Assembly: GCA_038321985.1 (NCBI GenBank)
Contig: JBBQFN010000006.1
Location: 96,001 to 160,000, forward strand
Length of the DNA: 64,000 nt
Direction: 5' to 3'
DNA from: Cyanophyceae cyanobacterium
GTDB taxonomy: Bacteria; Cyanobacteriota; Cyanobacteriia; Cyanobacteriales; Laspinemataceae
The translations under genes and the position numbers were made by a program. Below are positions 10,776 to 20,942 of the stretch, in pieces (positions within the stretch are counted from its first letter, which is position 1; the number at the start of each line of letters is the position of its first letter). The notes under the pieces are model-generated. The model had not been told where the DNA came from. It did not search any database and saw only the letters and a program-made list of their open reading frames with translations.

Positions 10776-10822
10776 ATTTTCAACAGAATAGGCCCAAAAT
10801 TCAATTTGCAGATTATTTAGTG

Positions 10823-11899
10823 TTAAACTAAGTCAGGAAATAGCGCAGAACTCCGAATATCATATTCCTGTTCAAGTCGATTTTTGGCGATTTCATAATA
10901 ATCAGTATTAATTTCAGCACTGTAGCAGAAACGACCTTTCTTCATTGAAGCTACGGCTGCTGAACATAAGCCCCCAAACGGCTCCCAAACTACATCATGA
11001 GAATCACTAGAAGATAGAATAAGTCTTTCAATTAAACGTATAGGCTTTTGATTAGTGTGAATGCACCTAGCGTGTTTATCCTTGAGACGTTCTGCCCCTC
11101 GAACTGCCGGTTCTGACCATACATTGGTCACCCCATGAATATGATTCCATTTGGCACGCATTTGTGACCATTGGTCTGCGGTCATCGGCGACTTACCATC
11201 AATTGAAAAATAAGGCCAGGTTGTAGGTTTACCATACTGATTTGCATAATTTACAAGACAAGCCATCATTTCTGGGGGGGGAAAATACCACAACCTGTCC
11301 AGAGTAAAATATTTACGAGTGGCGGCATTTTTAACACCGCACGCCTGGTTTGTTTTATTCAGAGGAAGTCCGGATCTGAGCCACTCATACCGTAACCACT
11401 GCTGCATCGGTAACCAGTCGCCATCTCCTGTGGGTAATTCCACATTACGAACGTAATGGACACAAACTTCAGTCACAATTGGAAAACGTCGAATCGTCTT
11501 GCTATTGACATTTCCGGCAATATGAGCAATCCCTTTATCCCAAACATTGACTGAGCGATATTGCCAGCCATTTTTTGCTAATAAAGGGTGTACCGTTGCC
11601 CAACCAATTTCACTACACCAAAACCATAAGGTTGTTTCGGGCAAACAATAGCGAGACCATGCCTCAATGTGGTGATGGTACCAGACTGCCAAGTCCGTTG
11701 GTGTCTGCGGATCACCGGGAAAAAGCCCCAATCCATAAGCACCGTCTGACACTATAACCGTGGGTGCGGGCCAAAATTTATATCGGGTTGCAACATCAGC
11801 GTTCTCGATCTGCACGCCCCCTAGGGCGGTGGTGGGGACTTGGATTAAATCTTGCATGGTTTGAGTAAATTTGGCCGGATAGCCTTTTCCCACAATCAT
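10823..11899 (-). CDS. Beta-class N4-C/N6-A DNA methyltransferase with atypical motifs
   Basis: Motif IV SDGAYG (vs DPPY) near N-terminus; HTNQKP and motif I EPFGGLCS near C-terminus; SAEINTDY. Confidence 0.85.
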   Translation of the reverse strand: MIVGKGYPAKFTQTMQDLIQVPTTALGGVQIENADVATRYKFWPAPTVIVSDGAYGLGLFPGDPQTPTDLAVWYHHHIEAWSRYCLPETTLWFWCSEIGWATVHPLLAKNGWQYRSVNVWDKGIAHIAGNVNSKTIRRFPIVTEVCVHYVRNVELPTGDGDWLPMQQWLRYEWLRSGLPLNKTNQACGVKNAATRKYFTLDRLWYFPPPEMMACLVNYANQYGKPTTWPYFSIDGKSPMTADQWSQMRAKWNHIHGVTNVWSEPAVRGAERLKDKHARCIHTNQKPIRLIERLILSSSDSHDVVWEPFGGLCSAAVASMKKGRFCYSAEINTDYYEIAKNRLEQEYDIRSSALFPDLV

Positions 11900-11945
11900 T
11901 TTAATCGGGATTAATTTTAATTTTACCGGGATTAGTGCCTCGGCA

Positions 11946-11979
11946 ATAGTTGATTTTGGACTATTCTAAAATCGACTAT
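11946..11979. promoter_or_regulatory. Putative controller-protein operator (imperfect 34-bp palindrome)
   Basis: ATAGTTGATTTTGGACT|ATTCTAAAATCGACTAT, 14/17 symmetric, 25 bp upstream of the XRE gene. Confidence 0.65.
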
Positions 11980-12004
11980 ATCATTTCCCTGGAGGTTAGG
12001 TGAA

Positions 12005-12253
12005 ATGGAAAAGTCAATTTTTACACAAGAATATTTGCTATTCCTCCAGCAACTTCGCGCTGCAAGACAATTTGCAGGAATGACGCAAGAACAAGTTGCC
12101 GAGCAGTTGAGGCAAACTCAGTCTTTTGTAAGTAAATGCGAACGAGGTGAAAGACGAATTGATGTGATTGAATTGAGGGCATATTGTCGGGCTATCGGTA
12201 TTTCATTTGTAGACTTCATTGAACAATTAGAATCAAAAATTGAAACCAGGTAG
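12005..12253 (+). CDS. XRE-family HTH protein, probable R-M controller (C) protein
   Basis: AGMTQEQVAEQLRQTQSFVSKCERGERRID; GGAGG RBS; divergent from the MTase and 5 bp upstream of the nuclease. Confidence 0.85.
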   Translation: MEKSIFTQEYLLFLQQLRAARQFAGMTQEQVAEQLRQTQSFVSKCERGERRIDVIELRAYCRAIGISFVDFIEQLESKIETR

Positions 12254-12258
12254 AATTA

Positions 12259-13155
12259 GTGGATTATCAACAAGCGCTTGAAATTGCAACGGCTGCCTTA
12301 GTCGAATTAGAGAGCCATAGAATCGACGTGATCACAATATCGAGACCCAGCGATCTCCAAGGCGCGATAGAACTTTCAAAAATTGTTAGTAAATTATCTC
12401 CGATAATCGGCAATTTCATAGAATATGCTATTGTCCGACATCTGAATGAAATACAGGTTTGGCCGAAGGGGTGTCAATGGATTAGACAAGACCCAGGCTT
12501 CCCTGATACAATTTTGAGCGGGATTCCAAATATTGTACCCGGAATTGAAGTCAAAACTTGGTTCCCCCTCTCAACCGAGATAACGGCTAGATTTCGGGAT
12601 AGTCAAACATATTTCCAGGCTAATCAAATAAAAGTAGTAATGGTTTGTTGGATGCTAGAAGAAGTTTTGGCGGGAAAACCAAAAATTATCAATATCTGGA
12701 TTGGAAATGCCCTAGATGTTGCAAAAGCTAGGGATACCCACTATCATAACCCGCCTTACTATGTTGTCATGGAACCAGAAGATACGAGAAATCGGACTCT
12801 GAACCTCCAACAAACCAATTGTAATGGCTTAGTATTTCAAGGTACAGAGACGCAATTAAATCAAGCGATCGCCCTCGTTAATTCATGGGGACCAGAGTCT
12901 AGAGAATACCGAAGTGATCGCGATTATCAAATCCGCTTGCGAGAGCTTACGGGCCGGTTTCCTTACCGTCTCGATACCAATTTTGCAAAAATGGATAGAA
13001 TTGGTTTGTCTAGTCTGGAAATCTTTAAAGCCAGTGTCCTTAAATCTTTGTATGCTGGAAATAGTATCCAATCCTGGATTAGAGCGATTAAATTAGCCGA
13101 TCCCGTGGCCTTACAACCGCTCATCGATCCGTCGGCCTCTAGTCCCTTAAATTAG
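12259..13155 (+). CDS. Putative PD-(D/E)XK restriction endonuclease
   Basis: GNFIE...QDPGFPD-x13-IEVK arrangement; M-C-R gene context. Confidence 0.6.
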   Translation: MDYQQALEIATAALVELESHRIDVITISRPSDLQGAIELSKIVSKLSPIIGNFIEYAIVRHLNEIQVWPKGCQWIRQDPGFPDTILSGIPNIVPGIEVKTWFPLSTEITARFRDSQTYFQANQIKVVMVCWMLEEVLAGKPKIINIWIGNALDVAKARDTHYHNPPYYVVMEPEDTRNRTLNLQQTNCNGLVFQGTETQLNQAIALVNSWGPESREYRSDRDYQIRLRELTGRFPYRLDTNFAKMDRIGLSSLEIFKASVLKSLYAGNSIQSWIRAIKLADPVALQPLIDPSASSPLN

Positions 13156-13196
13156 CTATCCTATTTACTGATTCCTGGCTCATTACCAACTTTTTT

Positions 13197-14270
13197 ATGA
13201 AAAAACTCATTAATAACCCGGATGATTTTGTGCGTCAAAGTCTGGAAGGGATGGCGATCGCCCATTCTAAACTAATCAAGGTTCACTTTGACCCCCACTT
13301 CGTCTATCGCGCTGATGCACCCATTCCAGGTAAAGTTGCCCTGATCTCCGGTGGGGGCAGTGGTCATGAACCGATGCACGCTGGTTTTGTGGGTGCCGGA
13401 ATGCTGGATGCTGCCTGTCCCGGTGAAGTCTTTACTTCCCCCACTCCGGACCAAATGTTAGCGGCGGCCCAAACTGTCCAAGGAGGCGCTGGGGTCCTCA
13501 ATATCGTAAAAAACTATAGCGGCGATGTCATGAACTTTGAAATGGCCGCAGAATTGGCACTCTCGGAGAATATCCCGATTCAAAATATCCTCATCGATGA
13601 TGATGTGGCTGTCAAGGATTCCCTTTATACCCAAGGACGGCGCGGGGTGGGGGCGACGGTTCTGGCTGAAAAAATCTGTGGTGCTGCGGCAGAACGCGGA
13701 TATCATCTCGAAGATTTAGCACAGTTATGTCAAAAAGTCAATCAATCTGCGCGGAGTATGGGAATGGCCCTAACTTCCTGTACGACCCCGGGTCGTGGAA
13801 AACCTACGTTTGAGTTGGGTGAGGATGAAATCGAGATGGGGATTGGCATTCATGGAGAACCGGGACGTCAACGAATGCCGATTCAGTCTGCCGATGCGAT
13901 CGCCGAAATGTTGGCTTTGTCTATTTTGGAAGACCCCACCTATCATCGCACCGTCCGCAGTTGGAATAGCGATCGCGCCGAATGGATCGAAGCCGAAGTG
14001 AGCGATCGCCCCTTACAATCTGGGGACTCCGTTCTCGCCTTTGTCAACAGCATGGGGGCCACCCCCATTTCCGAACTGTATATTGTCTACCGCAAATTAG
14101 CCGAGATTTGTGACAAAAAAGGTCTCAAAATTGTTAGAAATTTAATAGGCCCTTATATCACCGGATTAGATATGGCAGGCTGTTCCATTACCCTCCTAAA
14201 AATGGATGACGAACTCATTCACTTATGGGATGCACCTGTCAACACCCCCACTTGGCGCTGGGGGCTGTAA
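13197..14270 (+). CDS. dhaK: Dihydroxyacetone kinase subunit DhaK
   Basis: [29 protein letters not shown]. Confidence 0.95.
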   Translation: MKKLINNPDDFVRQSLEGMAIAHSKLIKVHFDPHFVYRADAPIPGKVALISGGGSGHEPMHAGFVGAGMLDAACPGEVFTSPTPDQMLAAAQTVQGGAGVLNIVKNYSGDVMNFEMAAELALSENIPIQNILIDDDVAVKDSLYTQGRRGVGATVLAEKICGAAAERGYHLEDLAQLCQKVNQSARSMGMALTSCTTPGRGKPTFELGEDEIEMGIGIHGEPGRQRMPIQSADAIAEMLALSILEDPTYHRTVRSWNSDRAEWIEAEVSDRPLQSGDSVLAFVNSMGATPISELYIVYRKLAEICDKKGLKIVRNLIGPYITGLDMAGCSITLLKMDDELIHLWDAPVNTPTWRWGL

Positions 14271-14292
14271 AAATTCCCTTAAACCCAGAACT

Positions 14293-14931
14293 ATGATTAA
14301 TAAAAATCACATTCTCCAGTGGTTAAAAACCTTTACCACTACTCTCGAAGAAAACAAAGACTACCTCACCGAATTAGATGCAGCAGTTGGGGATGCAGAC
14401 CACGGAATTAATATGAATCGAGGCTTTCAAAAAGTTAGCCAGCAACTCACCAATTTAACCGATTCAGATATCGGCACTATTTTAAAAACCGTCAGTATGA
14501 CGCTGATTTCTAGTATTGGTGGTGCCAGCGGTCCCCTATATGGCACCCTATTTCTGCAAGCGAGTCGTGTTGCTGTCGGGAAAGATGAACTCAACGCCGA
14601 AGACATAGCAGCAGTTTTAGATGCTGCAGTTGCGGGAGTGATTCAGCGGGGTAGAGCGAATTTAGGAGATAAAACTATGCTGGATACTCTTTCCCCTGCT
14701 GCTGATGGGTTCAAAGCTGCGATTAACCAAGGCGCAGAACCCTTAGATGCTTTAAAACGAGCCATTTTGGCGGGGGAAGAAGGGATGAAAAACACAGTTA
14801 CAATGGTTGCAAAAAAGGGCCGTGCTAGTTATCTAGGAGACAGGAGCGTAGGTCATTTAGACCCCGGTGCCACGTCCTCTTATTTAATGCTAAAAACTTT
14901 ATTAGAGGTTGTGCAGAAGGCACCTAAATAG
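14293..14931 (+). CDS. dhaL: Dihydroxyacetone kinase subunit DhaL
   Basis: LTELD..GDADHG, GGASGPLYG, GDKTM, GRASYLG, DPGA. Confidence 0.95.
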   Translation: MINKNHILQWLKTFTTTLEENKDYLTELDAAVGDADHGINMNRGFQKVSQQLTNLTDSDIGTILKTVSMTLISSIGGASGPLYGTLFLQASRVAVGKDELNAEDIAAVLDAAVAGVIQRGRANLGDKTMLDTLSPAADGFKAAINQGAEPLDALKRAILAGEEGMKNTVTMVAKKGRASYLGDRSVGHLDPGATSSYLMLKTLLEVVQKAPK

Positions 14932-14939
14932 GAAGTATT

Positions 14940-15398
14940 TTAGCAGAAGACAGGAAGGTTAAAGTGGTTTAATACCGCTAAATCTTCGTCATCTAATTGA
15001 ACGGGGATGCCACTCCGAATTAATTCAGCAAAATCTTCATTAGGAAACATAATGCAAAGAGCATAGAGTCGTTCTTTACCCGTATTTTCAATAAGATGAG
15101 TGCCAGTTGGTGGGACTAAAATGCTATCTCCTGCTCGGATGAGGGCGGTTTTGCCATCACAACTGACTCGTCCTTCTCCTTTGAGGATAAAAAATATTTC
15201 TGTCGCATATTGATGGCGGTTCGGTGGAGTTTTTCCGTCCACATCAAAAATTTCTATGCAATAGGTAACCGAAGCATCAGAGTTGGTGGAATCGAAGACG
15301 ATCGCAAGACGATTGGTAGCTGTAGGGCTAATCCGATAGGCTTGATAGTCTTGGGGTGACTTAACCACAGGAATCATGCAACGACTGGCTTCCATCAA
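14940..15398 (-). CDS. Cupin domain protein
   Basis: HQYATEIFFILKGEG...GDSILVPPTGTH. Confidence 0.85.
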   Translation of the reverse strand: MMEASRCMIPVVKSPQDYQAYRISPTATNRLAIVFDSTNSDASVTYCIEIFDVDGKTPPNRHQYATEIFFILKGEGRVSCDGKTALIRAGDSILVPPTGTHLIENTGKERLYALCIMFPNEDFAELIRSGIPVQLDDEDLAVLNHFNLPVFC

Positions 15399-15722
15399 GT
15401 AAAATCCTCTCAGGGAGGATCAGCTATTTTTGCTAGGTTTTCTCGGTACAAACTGGATGGCTTCTTTTCTGGGGATAAAGGATAAATCTCAGGGTGAGGA
15501 AGGTTAAAATTATAGAAGAGTTTAGAGCAATTTTCCCCTTCATGAGCTACGTCTAATCGCTCCCGACTTAAACCCTTTTTTTTAAGGAGAGACCTGGAAA
15601 GTTCCGATTTTTAAGGGAGCTTTAGTTGGATATTTAATGTACTTCACCAACAAGAAAAAGGCTATAGATTGATTGATATTCCTTTGATTTATAAATCTGG
15701 CAACTACGGACCTAGAGAGTTT

Positions 15723-17288
15723 TTAAGAGTGGGCAGTCACCCCTTGGCGACGGGAGTCTCCCGCTCCTTCTATTCTACCATCTGCTCTCATTCTTACCCC
15801 ATTTACTCCCCCAAAAAACATATTCTTTTCTTCCCATTCAACCCGCTTTTCCGTCTGACGAAATAGGGGCATAAGTAGATTTTCCTCTTCTTCTTCTTTT
15901 TGAAATCCCGGTTCCCGATGGAAAAGGCCATTTTCCCAGTGAATCCGAGGAGACTCTATGGCACTTTCTAGATCCATGTTAAAATCAATTGCATTAGAAA
16001 TAACTTGTAAAATTGCCGTCCTAATTCGATTGGAACCTCCGGAACCCAGGACAATTTCTGGGCGATTATCTTTAAGGACAATTGTCGGGGCCATCATCGA
16101 AGAAAGACGCCTGTTTTGCGGCCAGTGATGAAATCCAGTCGGGTTTAAATCTGCTTCGCCCAGCATATTATTCACCATGATTCCGGTACCCGGAATGATA
16201 TAGGAAGACCCTTCGCCATTGGAGGTGGTGACGCTGGCAGCATTGCCTTCATAATCGATGATACTGATATGAGTGGTACTCCCCAATTTGTTACAGTTGG
16301 AGTGCAAGGCTGTTGCATATTCAGCGCAATTTTCTGGGGATAAAAACTGGCTACAAAAATTGGGAATATAAAGATTTTCATCATAGTCGTTGCTGCGAGC
16401 TAAATTAGTTAAACGCATGACATCAGCTAATTTTTGTAAGTGGTGGCTGCTGCCAAAGGGGATGTCCTTTAACTCGACTGATTCCAATAACTTTAAAGCA
16501 AAAGCAATTAGAACTCCGCCCGAACTTGGGGGGGGATTGGTGATAAAGGTTTCATCTCGATACTGGGTGATTAAGGGTTGTCTTTTTATCACCTGATATT
16601 GAGTTAAATCTTCCCGAGTTAAGTAACCGCCGTGAGTTTGGCAATCTTTAATTAACTCTTCCGCGATCGCCCCTTGATAAAATTCTTGAATTCCCGCTTC
16701 TGCTAAATAAGCTAAAGTCGCCGCTAAATCTTTCTGGTAAAGTTTATCCCCCGCTTCCAGCAGTTTGCCTCCGGGGGCATAAATCTGCTGCCCTACTGGG
16801 GATGCAGTCAAAATGGGACCGAGAATATTTAATAAATAGGCTTGGTAAGAATTAAGAGTAATGCCCTCTTTGGCGTACTGGATGGCCGGTTCAATCACCA
16901 CTTTAAAAGGCAATTTCCCTAAGTTTTGGTGAACGGCCAAGACCCCAGCCAGGTTACCCGGTACTCCCATAGAACCTAACCCAATATGAAACTCTTGGAC
17001 TGCGCCGCCAAAATCAACCGAAACCGGGTAAAAATCTAACTCCTGGACGTTCCGTTTAGAACGAGGAGTTTGGACAAAAAAATCAAACAGGAGATTGCGA
17101 TCGCCCGTATGGGCTAAGAGAAAGCCTCCACCTGCGGCTGAAGTTAGTCCGGGTTCAGCAACGAAAGATGCTAACATAGCTGCAACAGCCCCATCAAAAG
17201 CGTTGCCACCCAATCGCAACATTTCCATTCCTGCTTCTGCAGTACAGGGATGACCTGCGGCAATCATTCCGTGAGTGAATTGGCTCAT
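15723..17288 (-). CDS. ggt: Gamma-glutamyltransferase family protein
   Basis: GGNAFD, PPPSSGG, catalytic TTHISIID, SSM, GSGGSNRI. Confidence 0.9.
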   Translation of the reverse strand: MSQFTHGMIAAGHPCTAEAGMEMLRLGGNAFDGAVAAMLASFVAEPGLTSAAGGGFLLAHTGDRNLLFDFFVQTPRSKRNVQELDFYPVSVDFGGAVQEFHIGLGSMGVPGNLAGVLAVHQNLGKLPFKVVIEPAIQYAKEGITLNSYQAYLLNILGPILTASPVGQQIYAPGGKLLEAGDKLYQKDLAATLAYLAEAGIQEFYQGAIAEELIKDCQTHGGYLTREDLTQYQVIKRQPLITQYRDETFITNPPPSSGGVLIAFALKLLESVELKDIPFGSSHHLQKLADVMRLTNLARSNDYDENLYIPNFCSQFLSPENCAEYATALHSNCNKLGSTTHISIIDYEGNAASVTTSNGEGSSYIIPGTGIMVNNMLGEADLNPTGFHHWPQNRRLSSMMAPTIVLKDNRPEIVLGSGGSNRIRTAILQVISNAIDFNMDLESAIESPRIHWENGLFHREPGFQKEEEEENLLMPLFRQTEKRVEWEEKNMFFGGVNGVRMRADGRIEGAGDSRRQGVTAHS

Positions 17289-17420
17289 TAAAAGCGTCAA
17301 ATTGCGATCGCAATGATTAAAGTTTAGATCCTAGCAATCATAGCAAAGATATTGATAAACTGAGCAAATCAATCAAATGAGATTAAACTCGCCGAAGACT
17401 TGGATCGGAGGAAAGAAAAG

Positions 17421-17759
17421 ATGGTAATCGCGGTCGTCATCACTAATGTTATCTTATCGGGAGTGTTCCTCTTTGTCGCTTGGAGACTGTGGAAACTCAG
17501 ACAGACAATCAACGGTACAACCCAAGCGATACTCAGCGCCGATCGCGTTACCTATGATGTCCTCCACGGCACCCCAGCCGCAATCGCTCAAGGAGAACGA
17601 GGGACTCGCAACCTGCGAAGCCAATACCAGCAAGTTGAGTTACAACTCTTACGCTTGCGACAGATCCTCCAACTGTTGAGTTTCGGTCAAGCGGCTTTGG
17701 CTCGTCAGTCTATCCTTAAGCGCCGCCCTAGAAAGCAAAAGCCACGCCGGTCGTTATAA
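17421..17759 (+). CDS. Small membrane hypothetical protein
   Basis: N-terminal TM followed by helical, basic tail; co-oriented with the YtxH gene. Confidence 0.65.
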   Translation: MVIAVVITNVILSGVFLFVAWRLWKLRQTINGTTQAILSADRVTYDVLHGTPAAIAQGERGTRNLRSQYQQVELQLLRLRQILQLLSFGQAALARQSILKRRPRKQKPRRSL

Positions 17760-17871
17760 ACCTACTCCAAAAGATAGAAAAATGAGATAAAAAGACTGGC
17801 AAGTGGAGTCAACCGCTGACTATTCCTGCAAAAGCCACCTAAAATGTCAATAAGGTTAGAAACTAACTACA

Positions 17872-18213
17872 ATGTCCAAGAATCGTTCAGTTCTTTTTAT
17901 TGGTGGAATGCTATTCGGAGCAGCGATCGGGACCCTTGGCGGTTTGCTAGTGGCACCCCAAACGGGACGCCAGACGCGGCGGGTCTTGAAGAAATCGGCT
18001 CAAGCGTTGCCAGAAATCGCCGAAGATTTATCTAGCAGCGTCCAGATCCAAGCCGATCGCCTTTCCGCATCCGCCTTGAAAAACTGGGATGAAACCCTGG
18101 ATCGACTCAAAGACGCGATCGCTGCCGGGATTGAAGCGACCCAACAGGAGCAAGAAATCCTCCATAAAACGGAAGTCGAGATGTCCTCCGAGTCTAGTGA
18201 TCATCAGCCCTAA
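17872..18213 (+). CDS. YtxH-domain protein
   Basis: FIGGMLFGAAIGTLGGLLVAPQTGRQTR. Confidence 0.85.
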   Translation: MSKNRSVLFIGGMLFGAAIGTLGGLLVAPQTGRQTRRVLKKSAQALPEIAEDLSSSVQIQADRLSASALKNWDETLDRLKDAIAAGIEATQQEQEILHKTEVEMSSESSDHQP

Positions 18214-18280
18214 TGTTGGCTATCAAAGCCGCATTTCCGATTCTGCACACCCCTGAATCCTCCCCTGTAGAACCCGACTT

Positions 18281-18799
18281 GTGACAGACCCTTTGTTTTG
18301 GCTTGGACTTTCTTTTTTACTCGTTGCTGTCAGCCTGATCCTGGTGTTGTTGGCGGCACTTCCGGCTTTGCAGGCGATCGCCCAAGCCGCACGCAGCGTC
18401 GAGAAATTAGCCGATACCCTTTCTCGGGAATTTCCTCCTACCCTGGAAGCGATTCGACTCACCGGCATGGAAATCAGCGATCTCACGGATGATGTGACCC
18501 AAGGCGTTCAAAGTGCTAGCAACGTGGTGAAAGAAGTTGATCGCAGCCTCGGCAGCGCCAAGCAGCAAGCTAAAAAAGCGCAAATCACCACCCGCAGCGT
18601 GTTTACAGGCATGAAAACCGCCTGGAAAACCTTTACGCGCAGCTCAGAACGAACCAGTCCCCATCGCCGATCATCGGGCGATCGCTTACCCCCGTCCCAA
18701 CGCAGAGCCTTAGAATTTACCGAGCGATCGGCCTCCCTCCCCGAGCCCTATTCCCTCGCAGAAGATAGGGACGAACCCCTAGACGACTACTCAGATTAG
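18281..18799 (+). CDS. DUF948-like membrane protein
   Basis: DPLFWLGLS...AARSVEKLADTLSREFPPTLEAIRLTG. Confidence 0.75.
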   Translation: MTDPLFWLGLSFLLVAVSLILVLLAALPALQAIAQAARSVEKLADTLSREFPPTLEAIRLTGMEISDLTDDVTQGVQSASNVVKEVDRSLGSAKQQAKKAQITTRSVFTGMKTAWKTFTRSSERTSPHRRSSGDRLPPSQRRALEFTERSASLPEPYSLAEDRDEPLDDYSD

Positions 18800-18832
18800 A
18801 AATTAACAATAAAAAATTACCAAGTCAGGGAC

Positions 18833-18863
18833 AACCGGCAGGGGTTCTAAACCCTTGCCGGTT
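18833..18863. repeat. Intergenic palindrome (family member also at 55174-55203)
   Basis: AACCGGCAGGGG-TTCTAAA-CCCTTGCCGGTT. Confidence 0.6.
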
Positions 18864-19064
18864 TCTGTATGATTGCGATCGCCCAGGCAAGATTAACTCT
18901 TAGCCCTTGCCAGCGCTCTCAAATTTCAGTTACTCTATTTGTTGCTGACGGTAAAAATTACCCTGCCGCCAGTTTTAACAAAACGGCCAACCTTTTGGCT
19001 CCTTCAAACCCTGGTTTAAAATTGATTTCAACCCACTCCATTCAACCGCAATTAGACTGAAATT

Positions 19065-20942
19065 ATGCCGTCTAAAAAACGCTATCGGGAAAACCTCCCC
19101 CCCTGGCTCCAGTTAATAGAAAAAGGAGTTGCTATTATCGCCGTAGTTAACTTAATCCTCGTCCTATTTGACCTCAGCTACGTTCCCGGACGAGACTTTT
19201 ACCTCCGAGGCGATTTATTTGTAGAGAAATTTAGAGAAACTAAACGAGAAAAATATCTAACAAAAGTCGATCGCCTCCAAACCCTGTTACAAGAAAACGG
19301 ATTAGATGACCCGCAAGTAGAGACCTTATTAAGCGAATTAAGGGAACAAAGCGTTCAACTCGTTGATAAAGAACGCTTTCGAGTAACCGATCGCTATGGA
19401 GCCTTAGAAGAAATCAAAATTCGCATGGAAACCACAATGGGGGCGGAAAATGCCGAACAAGCCTTCCTAGCCTTTTGGAGTAGGGAATACCTAAATTCCG
19501 TAGGATGGCGGCAAGCAATGGATTTTTTTAATCGGGATATCAGATTTTTAATGTCCTTCTATGAACCCCAGCTATTTTATGATCCCATTAAAGGAATTGA
19601 ACCCTATCGAGATACACAAAACTATCTTCAACTTGTCGAAAGTCTGACTATTGAGTTAAAGCGGGATGGCTTGCAATCCGATCGCGTAGAACCCTTACTT
19701 GGGCAACTGCGAGAACTCAGCGCGGCGATGATCAACCAAAACTTCTTTGAACGTGCCCATAAAAACGGCACCCTAGAAGAGATTAAAAATAATATGCGCC
19801 GACATATCTATTCGCGCACCGAACCCCGGCCCCAAGGTCCCCGAATTATTGTGGAAGTCATCGAACTCTTAGCCCCGGAAGTCTTATGGGCGGACAAATC
19901 CTCAACAGGAGCTTTTCGGACCTTTTGGAGTCAGGAAAATTTGCAGACAAATGGCTGGGAAAATGAATTAGCATTTTTTAATGAAGAAATTCGCTTTCCC
20001 CTGCAATCCAACTATTTTAGGCATTATGGAGTCGCCAATGAATATATCGATCGCTTTTGGCTAATTGATATCTTTTTTATGGCTATCTTCTTCGTAGATC
20101 TAATATTTAGAAGTTGGCTGATAGTGCGACGTCATCCCAACATGACCTTAGAAGGTGCAATGCTATGGCGATGGTATGATATTATCCTGCTTCTCCCCTT
20201 TTGGCGGTGGTTGCGGGTGATTCCTGTCGTGATTCGACTTAACGAAGCCAACCTGGTTAACATCGAATGGGTGCAGAAACAAGCCCGATTAGGTTTTGTC
20301 GCTAATTTTGCTCAAGAACTGACGGAAGTCGTGGTTGTGCAAACCATTAATCAGATGAAAGGGAGCGTAGAACGGGGAGAATTGACCCGCAATTTATTAG
20401 AACCCGCGCAAAAAGAATATATCAATATTAATGATATTAACGAAGTGCAAGCTATCTCCACTCGATTGTTAGAAATAACAGTTTGTAAAGTGCTGCCTGA
20501 AGTTCAGCAAGATTTACAAGCCCTGCTCTCTCATCAAATGGAAACTAGCATGAAATCTTCCGAGTTATATCGGCGGATTCAGCAGTTGCCTGGGTTGGGG
20601 AATTTATCTCATCAAATGGCCGAACAGTTAGTAACTCAGGTGTCCAGACTGGTGACCGAGGGGCCAGAAAATGCCTATGAGGCGATCGTTCACGCACCCC
20701 CGGACCCAGTTGGGGAAAAATTGACCCAGCAACTGGTGGAACATTTCGGCAGCGCCTTGCGAAATGAATTGAGAAAAGAAGATACCATCGGGGAGTTTGA
20801 GTATTTGATTTCCTCCTTACTCGAAGAAATTAAGATCAACTACGTTCAACAAACGGAACAGTCCGATCCCGAGGACCTGTTTGATGAAACCGAAGCCCTT
20901 CGCCAACGGGCCGATCGCAACCGCAAGCTCCCTCCCCAGTAA
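19065..20942 (+). CDS. Membrane hypothetical protein with duplicated loop domain and voltage-sensor-like TM segments
   Basis: 625-aa ORF; two homologous ~110-aa units; WYDIILLLPFWRWLRV segment. Confidence 0.75.
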   Translation: MPSKKRYRENLPPWLQLIEKGVAIIAVVNLILVLFDLSYVPGRDFYLRGDLFVEKFRETKREKYLTKVDRLQTLLQENGLDDPQVETLLSELREQSVQLVDKERFRVTDRYGALEEIKIRMETTMGAENAEQAFLAFWSREYLNSVGWRQAMDFFNRDIRFLMSFYEPQLFYDPIKGIEPYRDTQNYLQLVESLTIELKRDGLQSDRVEPLLGQLRELSAAMINQNFFERAHKNGTLEEIKNNMRRHIYSRTEPRPQGPRIIVEVIELLAPEVLWADKSSTGAFRTFWSQENLQTNGWENELAFFNEEIRFPLQSNYFRHYGVANEYIDRFWLIDIFFMAIFFVDLIFRSWLIVRRHPNMTLEGAMLWRWYDIILLLPFWRWLRVIPVVIRLNEANLVNIEWVQKQARLGFVANFAQELTEVVVVQTINQMKGSVERGELTRNLLEPAQKEYININDINEVQAISTRLLEITVCKVLPEVQQDLQALLSHQMETSMKSSELYRRIQQLPGLGNLSHQMAEQLVTQVSRLVTEGPENAYEAIVHAPPDPVGEKLTQQLVEHFGSALRNELRKEDTIGEFEYLISSLLEEIKINYVQQTEQSDPEDLFDETEALRQRADRNRKLPPQ

